Source: Marsupella aquatica (lineage: Eukaryota; Plantae; Marchantiophyta). Taken from it: a DNA stretch of 64,000 nucleotides. The stretch is taken from assembly GCA_973895155.1 (NCBI GenBank), contig OZ316895.1:17340170-17404169 (forward strand), read 5' to 3'. Shown here piece by piece: positions 38,531 through 51,807 of this stretch (the stretch's first letter is position 1; each line of letters opens with the position of its first letter). The translations under genes and the position numbers were made by a program. A model generated the notes under the pieces. That model had not been told where the DNA came from, made no database searches, and saw only the letters and a program-made list of their open reading frames with translations.

Positions 38531-40411
38531 AACTCACCAACGGAAAAGATATGTTACTAAACGATATCATTTGGTGAAAGATGTCAATGCGTGACTTGTG
38601 CTAATTAAAGATGTAGCTGAGAAAAATATCATGGTGCAAAAGATATCTTGAGTAAAAGACTTTGTTTTTTTGAAAGAAAATGTGGTCTAAGTAGAAGATG
38701 TCATGGCCCAAAAAAGAGGCGACAACCACCACCAAAGTATGACAAAGTGAGAATGGTTTTTTTCTTTGTCTTTTAATTTTTCTTTTCTTCCCTTTTAAAC
38801 CCTTTTCCATTGTTCCACCCTTGCTCATATGGTAGGCTGTAAGTCTTGTTCATCCCTCGGTTCATCCCAGCTTTCCTCCATATTGTAACACTCACAGATT
38901 TTTGCTTAGGAGGTTCATCCCAGCTTTCCTCCAATTTTATTGTAACATTCACAGATTTTTGCTCAGGAGGAGATGACCCGGGAGAAGCTCTATTTGTTAA
39001 TTACAGACCCCCATGGAAGCTCCTTCCAAATTCCTCAAAGCACATGCTGCCACATCAGCACTATTGGTCACAAACAAGAAGGGTTAGTTAAACAAAAAAA
39101 CAAGACTATGAGTATTGACAAGCAAAAAACAAGTAGCTAGACCTTGTAACTCTACAAACAATGAAAAACTGAAAAGTAATTTTTCAAATAAGCAAAGAAA
39201 GGGGTGGAAAGAAAATAACCTTTGGATGGATTGTGATTGATATATCAATGTTTTCCAGTAGATTATATGAATTTTCTATTTAATTAGCAATTTTTGGAAT
39301 AACCATGGGTAGAAAAAAACTCTTCAACTACTGTAACATTTACCAAGGTAACATCAGAACCCCTTTTGCTACTATGGACAAAAGAACACCAAGGGAACAT
39401 AAGAAACCATTCAATTACTATGGATAAAAGAATACCAAAGGAATGTAAGTAACCCTTCAACTTCTATAACACATTTTGCACGGACTCTATGGACATATAT
39501 AGGAGTACAAAGGGAACGTTGTACTCCTATGTCCTAAGGGACTACTACCATGAAAAATCTACTTTTTTTTACCTCATCTCCATATTCAAAGCTATTCTAG
39601 TATACAACTCTTCATGTGCTCTAACTTAGTTGTTGAATAACATCAAACTAAAATAACCAAGGGGTCCTTGAACTAATTTTGTTTTTTTCCTCCCTGGCTG
39701 TTTCTATTTATTCATTCATGTTGGAGGGGAGAAAGGGGGGGGAGGTAGGGAGAGGCAAGAAGCAAGGGAGGGAGCAGGAGGGTGAGGGAGAGAGAACAGG
39801 AGGACGAACACAACTTTCTCCTCAACCTTCACCTTTCATGAAACACTCCACAGCACCTGGGCCCGTGATGCCAGGGAGCCTCTGCCACCCATCTTGCGCA
39901 CGCCCCACCCTTCTGCACCCTCACCCTCCCCGACATGATCACTTTAGCAATAACAATATTGACCAAAATGACCATAATTTTAGCAACAACCATCGTCCAA
40001 CTGAAATGACAACACTTTTGCTGGCAACCACAACATGACGGCACACACCACACAACTGGACTGGCGACACTTTCTTGCCTCACTTGCACTTCTTTGCCTC
40101 ACCTTGAGACTCTTGGATTAACTGAAAGGGGATTCACTGCTTCTAGGGTAGGGAACAAGGTACATGCACTGACTATAGTATATGTCAGTACTTTGTTGAC
40201 ATACAAGTACATGGGAAGGGTATGCAATGTTTTTGACTCTTTTGCTCAGGAGGAGAAAAATTTATAATTGTTAATTTGGTTTTTCTTCTTTTTCTTTATT
40301 CATGTTGGAGGGAAGAAAAAAGGGGAAGAAGGGAGAGGCAAGGGAGCGAGGGAGGGAGTGGGAGGGTGAGTGAGAGAGAGCAGGAGAAGAAAAAAGGTGC
40401 AATGAACCAAC

Positions 40412-40780
40412 AGGCTTGGGTCAGTTGGCCAGGGGATTAGCCTAGAACCAAGAGGTCTCAGGTCAATCCCCCTTCCACACGCAAGGGGTGTGGAGGGTAT
40501 GTGTGTGTGGGTTGACAGGGTGTAGTGGTGAGAGTACTGATTTCTCCTCAGCCCCTGTTTGGGGCCTTGGTTTAAACCTCTCTCCCTCCAGGACCTGGTC
40601 TTGCATATATTGGTCCGTGTCAGATTGCGTGTTGAATCCCTGGGTATGACCCCCTTGTGGCCCCGCTTGTGGCTACCTTATATAGGCGCATACTTTGGAG
40701 TAGATTGTCTATCCTCTGTAGGACAGGTTTGCTCTTGGTTTCAAGGCCAAAAGGCTTTGGGAGGAGAAAAAGAAAAAATC
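40412..40780 (+). mobile_element. Putative tRNA-derived SINE inserted in the second copy of a local duplication
   Basis: A-box-like GGTCAGTTGG, B-box-like GGTCAATCCC and an A-rich tail. The flanks (40290-40400 and 40785-41050) match 39705-40100, which lacks this insert. Confidence 0.45.
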
Positions 40781-41929
40781 CCTCCATGAAATGCTCTATG
40801 ATTGCTCCTGGACCCCGTGATACCCTGGAGCTTGTGTCACCTGTCTTTGTGCTCCCCGCACCCTTGCCCTCCCCAGCAACATCACTTTTGCTATAGCAAC
40901 ATCAACCACAATGACAATATTTTCCAACAACAACCATCCAACCAAAATGATGACACCTTCATTGGCAACCACAACATGACTGCGCACACAACCGGCTTGG
41001 CCACACTTTCTTTCCTCAGTTACACTTCTTTGCCTCATCTTCACATTTTTATGCAATGCACTGACATTGCCGCACAGATGACAATATGGCTGCAACTACC
41101 ATCGTGCAAATGGGCACCATATGAAGTGAAGGGCAATTCAATTGGGCACCATATGAAATGAAGGGCAGTGCAATTGGGCACCCACATGAAATGAAGGACA
41201 ACCTGATAATATAAGTAAGTTTGGGGTAAGTAACTAGTTTAAAATGTTTGAGGAAGGATGTGCTTGATGGACCCCGCCAAAAATAGTTTCCTTAATCAAC
41301 GCCCACTGTCTAATTGTTTTTTACAACCTCAACCTCCTCTTACGAGCTGTATGAGATGTTCTTGTGGATGTTCTTTTAAAATGAGATTCTGGATACTACG
41401 ACCAAACTGGGTGAACTAACTCTATAGGCATTTGAACCACCAACTCTGCTCAGCTGAGCCGTGACTGCAGGGTTTTCTACCACAAATTGTGTCTCATCCA
41501 ACCACAGGCCAATGAATGGGGCTTCTTGTCGGGATAGTTGTTGGGACGGGCCACTCACTATCGCGCTGTCCAAAGTGTAAGATTAGGGAAATTGCAAAGT
41601 GAAAAACAATAACAGCCTGTAAGTACGTTGTCACTAAAGATGTTTCATTTTTAAGACTGCTGCTATTTTTATTGTATTTACAAATATGTCAGGGTTGTTG
41701 TATATGGTTCCCCTGGTTACATACGTTGGTGAACTTGTCATCCATATACAAAACCGTTGCATATTGTAAATACAGAAAAATGTGGCAATATTGTCAATTA
41801 GAATATCTTTAGCGACAAAAGCATATTTGTAACTACAAAAATAAATGTAAGTTGCATTATTGTCAATTAGACATCTTTAAAGGCAAAATACTTAAAAACA
41901 AAACCGGTAATGCCAAAGCAGGTATGGCT

Positions 41930-42100
41930 CTGTGGTAGCTCACTTGAGTAGGGACTCATAGGTCTCTCTTCGTGGTAACTCACTTGATTAGGGACTCATA
42001 GGTCTCGGGTTCAAATATTGTAATTGGTTTCTCTTCAAATGTTATGGTAGCTCACTTGAGTAGGGACTCATAGGCCTTGGGTTCAAATGTTGTAATTGGT
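41930..42100 (+). repeat. Three tandem tRNA/SINE-head-like units
   Basis: TGGTAGCTCACTTGAGTAGGGACTCATAGG x3 (A-box-like); two are followed by GGGTTCAAAT (B-box-like). Confidence 0.6.
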
Positions 42101-43511
42101 TATGGACCCCCATGAGAGGTCCCTTGCAAATTCTCTGCCACGAGGTTGCACCACATCAGCACAACTAGCCACAAACAGGAAAGATCATATTTTTACGGTA
42201 ACAAAAGCACCACATTCATGTTTGTGGCAAAAACAATGTAATTTTTGGGGCGCCCGGCCATAAGTATTAAGCGTAAAAACAACCAAAATACAAAGGAAGA
42301 GATGTCATTTAGTAAAATAAAGCTACCATTATGATGTCTGTCAATGACATATCAATGTTTTACATCAAAATGCTTGTATTTTATAATTGTTTGCAAGTTT
42401 GAAAAAACCAATCAATAGAAATGTACATATATAGTTAGAACTCTTTTGGCTCCCCCTTTGGCTCCACATTGTAAAACTAAATAATCAATCTCCTTAGTAC
42501 TTCATGAAATCTGTTAATGTTTGATTCATTGGAAAGCTCAAGATCAAGATTTAGAAACTCATGACCTCTTTAGTATTGTCTTGATAAAATCTCTCAATGT
42601 CACTCATTGGAAAGCTAGAGTAAAAGTAGAAACTCATCTCCTTAGTACTTGACAATGTTAGGTTCATTGGAAAGCTAGAGAAATTAGGATTCTCATGATC
42701 TTTCTAATTCTTGACAAATACTCTCAATGTCACACATCATAAAGCTAGAGAGAGATTGAAAATCTCATGATGTCTTTAGTACAGTGACAAAATCTGACAT
42801 GAAATTTGTCAATATTGGTTTCAATGTTGGAAAGCTAAAAGAATTCATGAACTCATGATCAAAATTATTATTGTCACACTCATTGGAAAGGCAGGGAATT
42901 CGAAAGTCATTTGGAACTTGACAAAATGTGTCTATCTGAGGCTCATTGGAAACCCTTTCTTGACTAAGAGATGCACAATCTCATCATTGTCACAAACTTA
43001 ACAATTGCAAATTGATTTCTTTGATTACGTCCCCATCACTTGTCCGCAACGCTTGCTTCCCGGCTTGAATTGTTTGCGTCCCTCCAATCTTTAATTGAAG
43101 CTCACTCTAAACATAGGTTGCCACTAAATGCAGTCTCCCCCTCACACCAAAGCTTTCTTAATTAAAAAAAACTACAAAACCTTCATGTGAAGTGTTGGCT
43201 CGTCCATTTTGTGCGTTCTTCTTACCGCAATGACAAGTGCGCTTTCACCAACAGTTGTGTGTTGTACTCTAGTTTGTCTTGTGACGGTGATACTCAACGT
43301 AACTCACAAATGATCAATGAGGAATGGTAGAAACACAATTTCTCCAATGTGTAAGCAAAAACCGTAAACAAATCCAATTCTTTCATATTCAACCTTCCAT
43401 TTAATAAACCAGAGAGATCACCTTAATTAGATCAACCTCCTATATTTTTTGAGCGTTCTCTTTTGTACGAACACACACCAAACCACTAGGAGACTCAAAA
43501 CCATTGGTTAT

Positions 43512-43855
43512 TGTTGAGCATAGACGACATTCGCAACGGCAAGCCCATGAACCATCCAATGCACAATAGTCGACACAGAGAGATATGTGGTTCACCTCCA
43601 CATGAGGCTACGTCCACGGGAACACACAAGAGCTTTACTGCACTCTAGACCGACCGGCCATACCAAGCATCCACAGCACAAGCTCTCCCTATCTCTCAAC
43701 TAGCTCCGTAACAATGAGCCTAAGTTCCATCAAGGTCTCGCATCAGCCCTGTCTATATGCACAATAGCACTACCGCTAACTTTAGCTAAGTCCTAACCCA
43801 AGTTAGCCTAACTGTGGTTAGCTCATGAGTCACAAGACTAGAGCAATATCTAACA
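43512..43855 (-). mobile_element. Ty1/Copia 3' LTR (344 bp)
   Basis: TGTT...AACA termini. On the minus strand the PPT AAGGGGGAG lies just upstream, and the GTGGACGTAG...GTGAACCAC motif common in plant Copia LTRs is present. Confidence 0.75.
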
Positions 43856-44070
43856 AACTCCCCCTTGACTCTTGTCTTGGGGACTGGACTAAATGCTACC
43901 ATATGGAATCCTCAACGGGAAGTTCTAAACAATCACCAACCAGGTCTCCCCCTAAAAACCACAAGGGTTAACTAAGGGTTAACTAGAACTAAGCCATAGC
44001 CAAACAGGAATGAGTAATCCATATACAAATAGTCATACATTGCTAAATAACTCTACTTGCGCTACAACTG

Positions 44071-45222
44071 CTAAACCTGCAAAGTAGCATGGTGTCTTGA
44101 GAAACTCTCCAAAGGAATCACTTTGGTAAAGGCATCAGCGGGATTGAGCTTTCCATCAATCTTGACTAGCTCAAAAGTTTTATCAGACACCGCTTGCTTG
44201 ATAAAATGGTACCTGATATCAATGTGCTTCACCCTGCTATTCATCACCTGGTTAGTAGCCAAGTGAAGAGCACTCTTACTATCACAGTTTAGAGTCATTT
44301 TGCCATGCTCTAAACCCATCTCCGCGATCAACTTGTCCAACCAAATTGCTTCCTTTGTTGCTTCTGTTGCTGCAACATACTCTGCTTCTATAGTAGACAG
44401 AGATATACACTTCTGCAAGGTAGATTTCCAACTGATACATCCTCCTCCAAGAGTAAATTCAAACCCAGTTGTAGACCTCCTTGTGTCCAGACATCCTCCA
44501 TAGTCAGAATCTACATAGCCAACTAACGTTCTATCTGATCTGACATCAAATAGTAATCCACAGTCCTGTGTTCCCTTCAACCTGAGAATCCACTTCACAG
44601 CTTTCCAATGTACCTTCCCTGGATTTGACATGAATCTGCTAACCTTGCCCATTGCTAGGGCCAAGTCAGGCCTAGTACAAGTCATCAAATACATCAGGCT
44701 GCCTACTGCCTTCTCATAAGGAATCTTAGCCATTAGACCTTTCTCCACAGCATCCGTAGGAGAGAAAACCGATGATAACTTGAAATGTGAAGCTAAAGGA
44801 ATACTCACTGGCTTACAATTTTCCATGTTGAATTATGCAAGTACTTTCCTCGCATAGTGGCCTTGACTCAAGCACAACTATCCAGTTTCAGAGTTCCTAA
44901 AAATCTCCATCCCTAAGATTCTCTTGGCCTTACCAAGATCCTTCATCCTAAATTCAACACTCAATTTTGCCTTGAGATTGTCAACCTCAGATTGATTTTT
45001 AGCCACAATCAGCATGTCATCCACATAGATCATCAGAATGATGAAACCAAATACATCATTCTTGACTGATTTTGTATACACACAAGGATCATACACCATC
45101 CTTGTAAAACCTCAAGCATGAAATCATCAAACCGCTTGTACGTTCCACTGTCTGGGAGACTGCTTCAATCCATACAAGGACTTGAGCAATCTGCAAACTA
45201 AGTTCTCTTGGCCCTTCTTCAT
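44071..45222 (-). pseudogene. Ty1/Copia RT-RNase H remnant with frameshifts, truncated by a Gypsy insertion at 45223
   Basis: LKSLYGLKQSPRQW, IYVDDMLI, MKDLGKAKRILGMEI, VGSLMYLMTCTRPDL, GYVDSDY, SLSTIEAEY, KHIDIRYHF, NPADAFTK. Confidence 0.93.
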
Positions 45223-47290
45223 AGTGGTGGCCCTCCCACCACATGCCCGTCTAAACTTGTTTCTCAGCCTTGAAACAAGTCAAACCTTGCACTAACACGG
45301 AATGTTGGGGCAAGTTCTCTCCGACTATACTCCTTGTCGTTAGCAACCCCTCCCATACAAAGCTGCACTTGCCCTCGTCAGCACAACCGTCGCTCAACGG
45401 TCCTTACTATCTGCACATGCAACCAACCAATCGATAAGAATCCATCTTGATCTCGGAACTCCCAAGACTATTGTCTTGCATCAAGCTCAACAGTCATTAG
45501 TAAGTAGGTCAGTGGATAGAGCCTCCCAGGCCCGCATGGCCTTGCCATAAGCTGAAACTAAGATCGACATCACTGTTCGTCTGGAACAGTCTATCTATTG
45601 GATGTCGCCCAAGCTTCCCCACTTTCTACCCGTCAATGGCTGACCGCCCTGCCTCCAAGACATGCCCATGGCCCAAACTCAGTTTGTCCCAAACTAGTAG
45701 TAACACGCCGGGACCATCCAATTTCTAGATCTTAGCCACGTCTCTGCGAAACCGGGTTCCGCTCAACCTCTCACCATGCATCGGGACCAGATCTCAACGG
45801 TAGCCCCCAGAGTCTACTTGGTTCTACCTCTCCAACATCAGATCCCCGTGGGAACCAAATGCCGTTTGGTCACTGTTTGACTTTGGATCGGCAAGAGGGA
45901 CGCCCCCCATTGCAAGCTTCAAAACCAAACCATCCAATTCAAAATCAGAGAGCACCATGAGGTATTTTTCTTCATTAGCTTTCCAACGAGCCCAAGAACT
46001 CCCCCAACGGAGATCCGGTCGTCGAGTTATGCTTGTTTCCGCTTCAAAACTCGAAACGACGTATCTTCGTCGATTGCGATCAGCCCGAGCTCAAACTTGA
46101 GAGGACCACTCCCCTCATATATGCTTCTGGGGACCTACCACCCCCAGACCAGCTTTGGTCCCCTATCTTTGGCCCCCTACCCGAGGGTCCGTGGGCCCTG
46201 CCACTTAGCTCGAGTCGTGGAACTTGACTACCTTAACACTTAGCTCCGGCGTCGCTGACTCCGACACCGAGCTCCCTTATGGTCCAGGCCCGGATAGGCC
46301 ATCCGGGGAGGACTTAGCATAGGGAGACTTGTGGGCCAAATGTTTAGGGACCAAAGCTGGTCTGGGGGTGGCAGGTCCCCAGAAGCATATATGAGGGGAG
46401 TGGTGTCTCCTTGGGGGCTAAGGGCAAGCCGAAGTCATGAGCCGCGGCGGTCGCGACACTAAGGGAAACCGCCAAACAGAAATGACGATATCTTCTCAAC
46501 GGGAAGTCCGTTGGAGGACTTCCGGGGTTTGTTGGAAAGCTCTTGAGTAGGGCTACGCCCTCCAGAACTCAGATGGGTTTGGGGGTGCTGTGAGTTCTTG
46601 TGGTTTGCGGGTGTTAGCAAACCCGCTTGCCAAATCCTGCCGAATAGCAGCCAAGCCGCGTTCAGCCTCCCAAGGGAGTTTGCATTGGGGAGGCAAGGCC
46701 AAGTAGGTGTGGAGGCTGAGTCCCAAGGGTGCTCGGTCCCTAGACCATCAGTGGGGCAAATCGGGAGCGGTTGCTAGGGTCGGGGCCGTTCTGGTCCCGG
46801 CGTGTTGGAACAAGCTTGGGACAAGCTTTAGGACAAGCTACGCTATTTGGGCCATGAGCATGTCTTGAGGTCAAGGCGGTCAGTTGGTGATGGATAGGTA
46901 TGAGGGGGACCCCGGGCCGTGCCCAAGGAAGGAGTTGTCCTGGACGGACAGTGGGCGTGGGTTCTGGTTCCGGCTTATGGCATCAGGAGGACCTATCATT
47001 GACCTATTTACCAACGTCTGTTGAGCTTGAGTTAGGATGCTAGACTGGGCAAGTTCTAGATCCGGAGGGGTTACTTACCAAGGTGCTTGGTTGTTTGTGT
47101 AGACAGTGAGGACCATTGAGTAGCGGTCGTGCAGGTGAGCAAGTGCGGCTTCGTATGGGAGTGGCCGCAGGTGGTGCTAGAGGCACGTGGATGCTTGCTC
47201 GAGGTATCCCGTGGAGGCATTCGAGCACCAAGGGCACTTAGGAGCAAGTGCCGGGATTGGTGAGGGCGTTGTGTGGCGAGGTCCACCACT
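45223..47290 (+). mobile_element. 5' LTR (~2.07 kb) of a chromovirus-type Ty3/Gypsy element; whole-length imperfect palindrome
   Basis: Begins exactly where Copia RT homology stops and is followed after 2 nt by the PBS. Termini AGTGGTGGCCCTC / GAGGTCCACCACT are inverted (12/13 match). Mirror-image blocks occur throughout. Confidence 0.72.
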
Positions 47291-47292
47291 TG

Positions 47293-47304
47293 TGGTATCA
47301 GAGC
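47293..47304 (+). promoter_or_regulatory. Primer binding site complementary to the 3' end of tRNA-iMet
   Basis: TGGTATCAGAGC. Confidence 0.9.
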
Positions 47305-49562
47305 GATTGCCAGCATAGACACCGGGCCGGGGTCGTGCTAAGTCAGAATCCAAAAATCTTAACGGATTTTTGTGGGGACTTAGTGCTTCAATGTGCTTGG
47401 CGGGTCGACTGCGGGCAGATTCGGTGGCTGGGAACATGGCGAAAAACACTCGTGCAAAGAGTGGCAAGTAGGCTCCCCCCACCAAGGGGAGAGCCCAAGT
47501 TCACGATGAACAGAAGGAGGACGGGTCGACTTCCCTAGACAAACATTACAAGCAGGATGAAGAACACGCAACGGCCGAACCGTCAACCGCTGCAGCAAAC
47601 AAGTCAAGTGCAGAGCGCCGTCAACTTAAAGGGAAGGAGGTGGCTGATCCTTCAGAGGATGGGTCGGATGACGATGACTCTGACGCAACCGCAAGCGACA
47701 ACAACATTGAAGCTGAGACAGAGGAAGAGGGTCAGGACCCAAAAGAGGAACTGATCCCAGCCTTGAGAGGGTTGAACGTGGAACCAAAAGATGATGCCGA
47801 GTCGGACATCATCGTGGATAATTTGACCAAGCAGAACCAGGATGATGCGGGTCATACCTCAGTCCCGGGAGGTCATGGTGCTCGCAAGACGTAGGGGGTG
47901 TCACCAAAATCCACAAAAGAACCTAAGGATAGGCGGCCCGCAAAGGAAAGACAGTTGGAGGACCGTTCTCATACAACCCGCAAGGGCCCGGCCGCTGACG
48001 ACGGTCTGGGTCCATTGACTCAAGACCAACGACTCATCTATGAGCAGTTGGAACACAACAAGGGGGCCCAGATTAAGTACTTACTTAGTCTGGGTAGTCA
48101 GAGTGCGTCACATCCCGAGGGGGGAAATGGTAGTTGGACGGAGTATGTTCCAGGTGAACCAGCTACCGACTCCTCCAACTTATGATAGGGCCTATGAACA
48201 AAGTGGACAAAAGTTCTTGAGTTGGCTCTCCACGATGGAGATTCATCTCCAAGCGTGCGTTGAGCGTTCCACTTGGGCTACCGCAGCCACTCCTTACCCG
48301 AAGGACTATGCCTTGACTTGGTACAAGTCATGGAAGAAGTTGCGAGAGGACTTCTCCGAGGGTTTTCACCGTGACAGCAAATAGCAAACAGATTTACTAT
48401 TACGAGTGTCACTTGCCTATCCAATGATTAATACGTGCAAACCATACTTTTCCTTGCTTAAACCGTTGGTATCGTATTACGGGGTCGTGGAGGGACGCTA
48501 TTTGGAGGATTTTCACACCTAAGGAGGAGTATGTTTGATTCCGCTCCCGGAAGTGTACTTTTTTATCAAGTCTACCGACTGGTCTCTCTGTTTTTGATCA
48601 AGTCCAAGGGACTGGTCCTACCATCTACAACTCATGCCCACCGGGTGAGTGCTGTCACCACCCCCCTCCTCTCTTGGGCAAGCATACAAACATTTACAAT
48701 AAGATTTGAACACTAGTGACAAGGGCAAATGTTTCCACAACGACACCGACCACACGCACTAGGGGAGGAAAACAAACAACACAAGCAACAACAAGTGACA
48801 CACAAAATATTGGAACCTCAAGCCAAATCCATATCTCTTGGTTTTTCCCGTAACACATGCAAGGACAACCCGGCCTCCTGCCGTCTGCCCAACTCCTGCC
48901 TCCCGGGGACAAGTGCTACGTTCTCCACCTCACTACTCTGGCTTGAACTTCTCCTAATCGGTGTGCTACTCACAAAAGCTACTCCAAGCACTACGCTGAG
49001 TTCCCCCCAACTACTTCGGGGCTCTCCCCCTAAATACCGAAAAAACCACACCAAAGCACCCCTCATGGGGTCACAACGATGGCGGCTTACCCTAGCGGCG
49101 CCGCTAAAACCCTGCACTAAGAAATCCCTAAGCTAAAAAGGCATGCAACACACACATGCTGCTAAAACCCCAAACCCTAAACTAACAATGGGGCCGACGG
49201 TGCCTTCGACGGTGCCCCAACATTACTTCGTGAACCGTGAAATTGCAAGGAACCCTACAATGGCCAAAACTAGGCGCCTCTCCACCTGCACTACTGAGTT
49301 CACCCCTGGATGGTCCCCCTCCTCCTGATCATGAATCACTCAACCGCTCTCGAAACGGACCTCAGACGACCAAGTTATGGCCGTTTCCGTATCCCGTAAA
49401 CACAACTTCGTCGGGCCATAACCTGCTCATCCTGGCTCCGTTTGAGGAGCGCCGCCCCTTGTTGGAATCAGCTCCGCGAGCTCTTTCCAACAAGCCCGTG
49501 AGTGACCCCTCAAAAATATTTGGAAAGTCCAGGGGCAGTACAACCACGTCCGTACGACCACT

Positions 49563-51344
49563 CTAATCCTCCTCATCTTCACTCACGGTGCCCTGGCTTG
49601 AGCCCCGTGAGTGGGCCTCCTCATCACTCTCCACTGGAGTGAGTGCCACTTCACTCCTCTTCTTCTTTACCGGGGTACTCCTTGTGCTAGTGCTCCCCTG
49701 CTTCCTCAAATTGGCCAAGGCCTGCCACGCCTTAATGTACCCCTCACCAATGGTGTCCTTCCATAAGGCCGCCTCTTCACCGGACCGCAACTCCAACGGT
49801 AAAACCTGCCCGGTGGCCATGGGAGTCCCAGGGGTGACAGATCGGGTGGCATCCCCGGGGTCCCCATGTTGACCTGAGCTTCTCATAAAGATTTACGTAC
49901 CTCCCTGAGCTTTTTCTCTAAGCTCTTGCTCTTCTCTTGACTCTTCTTGGCTGCATCCAACAGGGGTCCGTACTTCCCACTGACTTCCTTCACCACCATC
50001 TCAATGGCCTTGGAGATCAAATCCGGGGAAAGTGTGGAGCTAGATGTGCAGGGGTTCTTCCATTTCCCCAGACTCAAGGCTTCACTCCTCTTAGCCCTTG
50101 TCTCAAAGATCACCAATTGACTCCGTAGTGCTCCCACCTGGGCTCTTAACTCCACCATTTCTCCAGAATTCTGCTTCTCTTTGGCCAATGCTTGTTTCAA
50201 TACTCCAACCTCTTCCGCTTCCTTGGCCTTGGTGGACAAGGCTCCCTTCAAGTTGAAGATCTCTATGTGAGCTGCTTGGAGAAGCTTAACCTTCTCATGA
50301 ATGGCCTCCTCCTTGGCCTTGATCACCTCCTTCATAGACAGGGCACTCTGCTCCAAAGTCTCTACTCTAGCGGTGGCCTGCTTGAAAGAATCTCTCAATG
50401 CGTGGACTAGCTTGAGTCCCTCATGGACTCCCTCCCGAAATTCCCGTAACTCCGCCAGGTAGACATCAGGAATGTCATAGACCAGGGGCTCCTCCGGATT
50501 TCCCACCAGTGATTCAAGCCACTCCAATGTGGAGTCCTCATCCTGGTTTTCTTCCTCTCTATTATCATCCCCCACCGTCGACGCTGATCCCTCCGTTAGT
50601 TTTCCCAAGATGGTAGTGGCAATACTCCTGATTTCCATGGTAAGGGATGATCCAGAGTCTTCCTGTCCCGGGGAAACAATCCACCCTTCTGCTCTGGCCA
50701 GCAAAAATGACCCCATCAAATGTACAGCCCCACCGGATTTCACACTCCCGGGATCAGCGTCCAATGGCTTCTTCAACCCGTAGTACCACCATCCGTACAC
50801 ATGGGCTGGATAGTTCTTGATGTCCATAGCTACTACGAAATGTTCTCCATTCACCACCCCAGATTGCACGTTACCCAGGACCCGTTGATGAACCTTGGCC
50901 AGAAATCCCTTGTGCTCAGCATCCTTGACAGCGGAAAGAGGAATGGACGTAGTGGAGGTGGGATTAATCACCCAACCGGCCACCATTTGTCAACGTGAGC
51001 TCTCCCCTTATGTTCCGAGGTGTGAATGAGAATTGCTGGTTCTCCAGGAACAGAAGCTTAGCTAACTCCACATGGGGCACTACCCGTGGGAGACATTCAA
51101 AGTAGATTCCTTCCGTACATAACTCCATCCCGGCCTCAATGTTCCAACTCTTGTCCGAAGGGATTCTAATCTCTACTCTCATGAAGTCGGTGAGCCCGGT
51201 GGCCTGGAACATAGCTTTGCAATCTTCCATCACCTTGGCAGGGGTCTTGGGGTAAATTCGACGGAAAACCTTCCTCATAACCGATGCGGGACTTGTTGCC
51301 GGTCCAGTACTCATCGTAGCGTCCCTCTCTTCTCTCTCTTGCAA
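49563..51344 (-). pseudogene. Long ORF(s) inside the solo LTR: TE accessory protein with an acidic region and a coiled coil, probably one disrupted ORF
   Basis: Adjacent ORFs of 126, 367 and 107 aa in the same orientation, with a heptad-like region (LRDSFKQATARVETLEQSALSMKEVIKAKEE...). Confidence 0.6.
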
Positions 51345-51807
51345 TCAATGTCTCAACATAGTCACGGTAAGCAGCCTTGTATCTCCGAATGCGTGCCTCA
51401 CTAAACTCTGGTTGATCCAGCATCCATGCATCCAGAAATCCAATCCTCAATCACCAAATCCCGTTACCCATAGCAATGTCAATCCCCTGGCCCGAAACGG
51501 CCCCCGTATCCCAATCAATCAATTACTCTCAATTCCCCCAGAAGCCACTCCGTGCTGCTGCCGCTAATGCCCGGAAGAATCAGGCCACCAAGCCCCGCCA
51601 ATCTACCATGAGAGAGAGCTTCAAAAATAATTAGAAGGTGGAGAGAGCTTTCGGCAAGGTGTTGAGAGAGAGCTCAAGTTTTGCTTTCGACAAGGAGAGG
51701 GTCGTGCAAAAGAGGGAGAAAAGAAGGGAAGAAAAAAAACAAAAAAATTCCCCACGACACCTCCTTCGCCTTGCGCCCCGGTGCCCTCCTGCGCCTCACT
51801 CGCGGGA

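Noticed and set aside
49883-49886. ATGA stop/start overlap suggesting termination-reinitiation
   Set aside because: The upstream frame continues plausibly past the TGA (REAQVNMGTPGMPP...), which is consistent with a CGA>TGA decay mutation.
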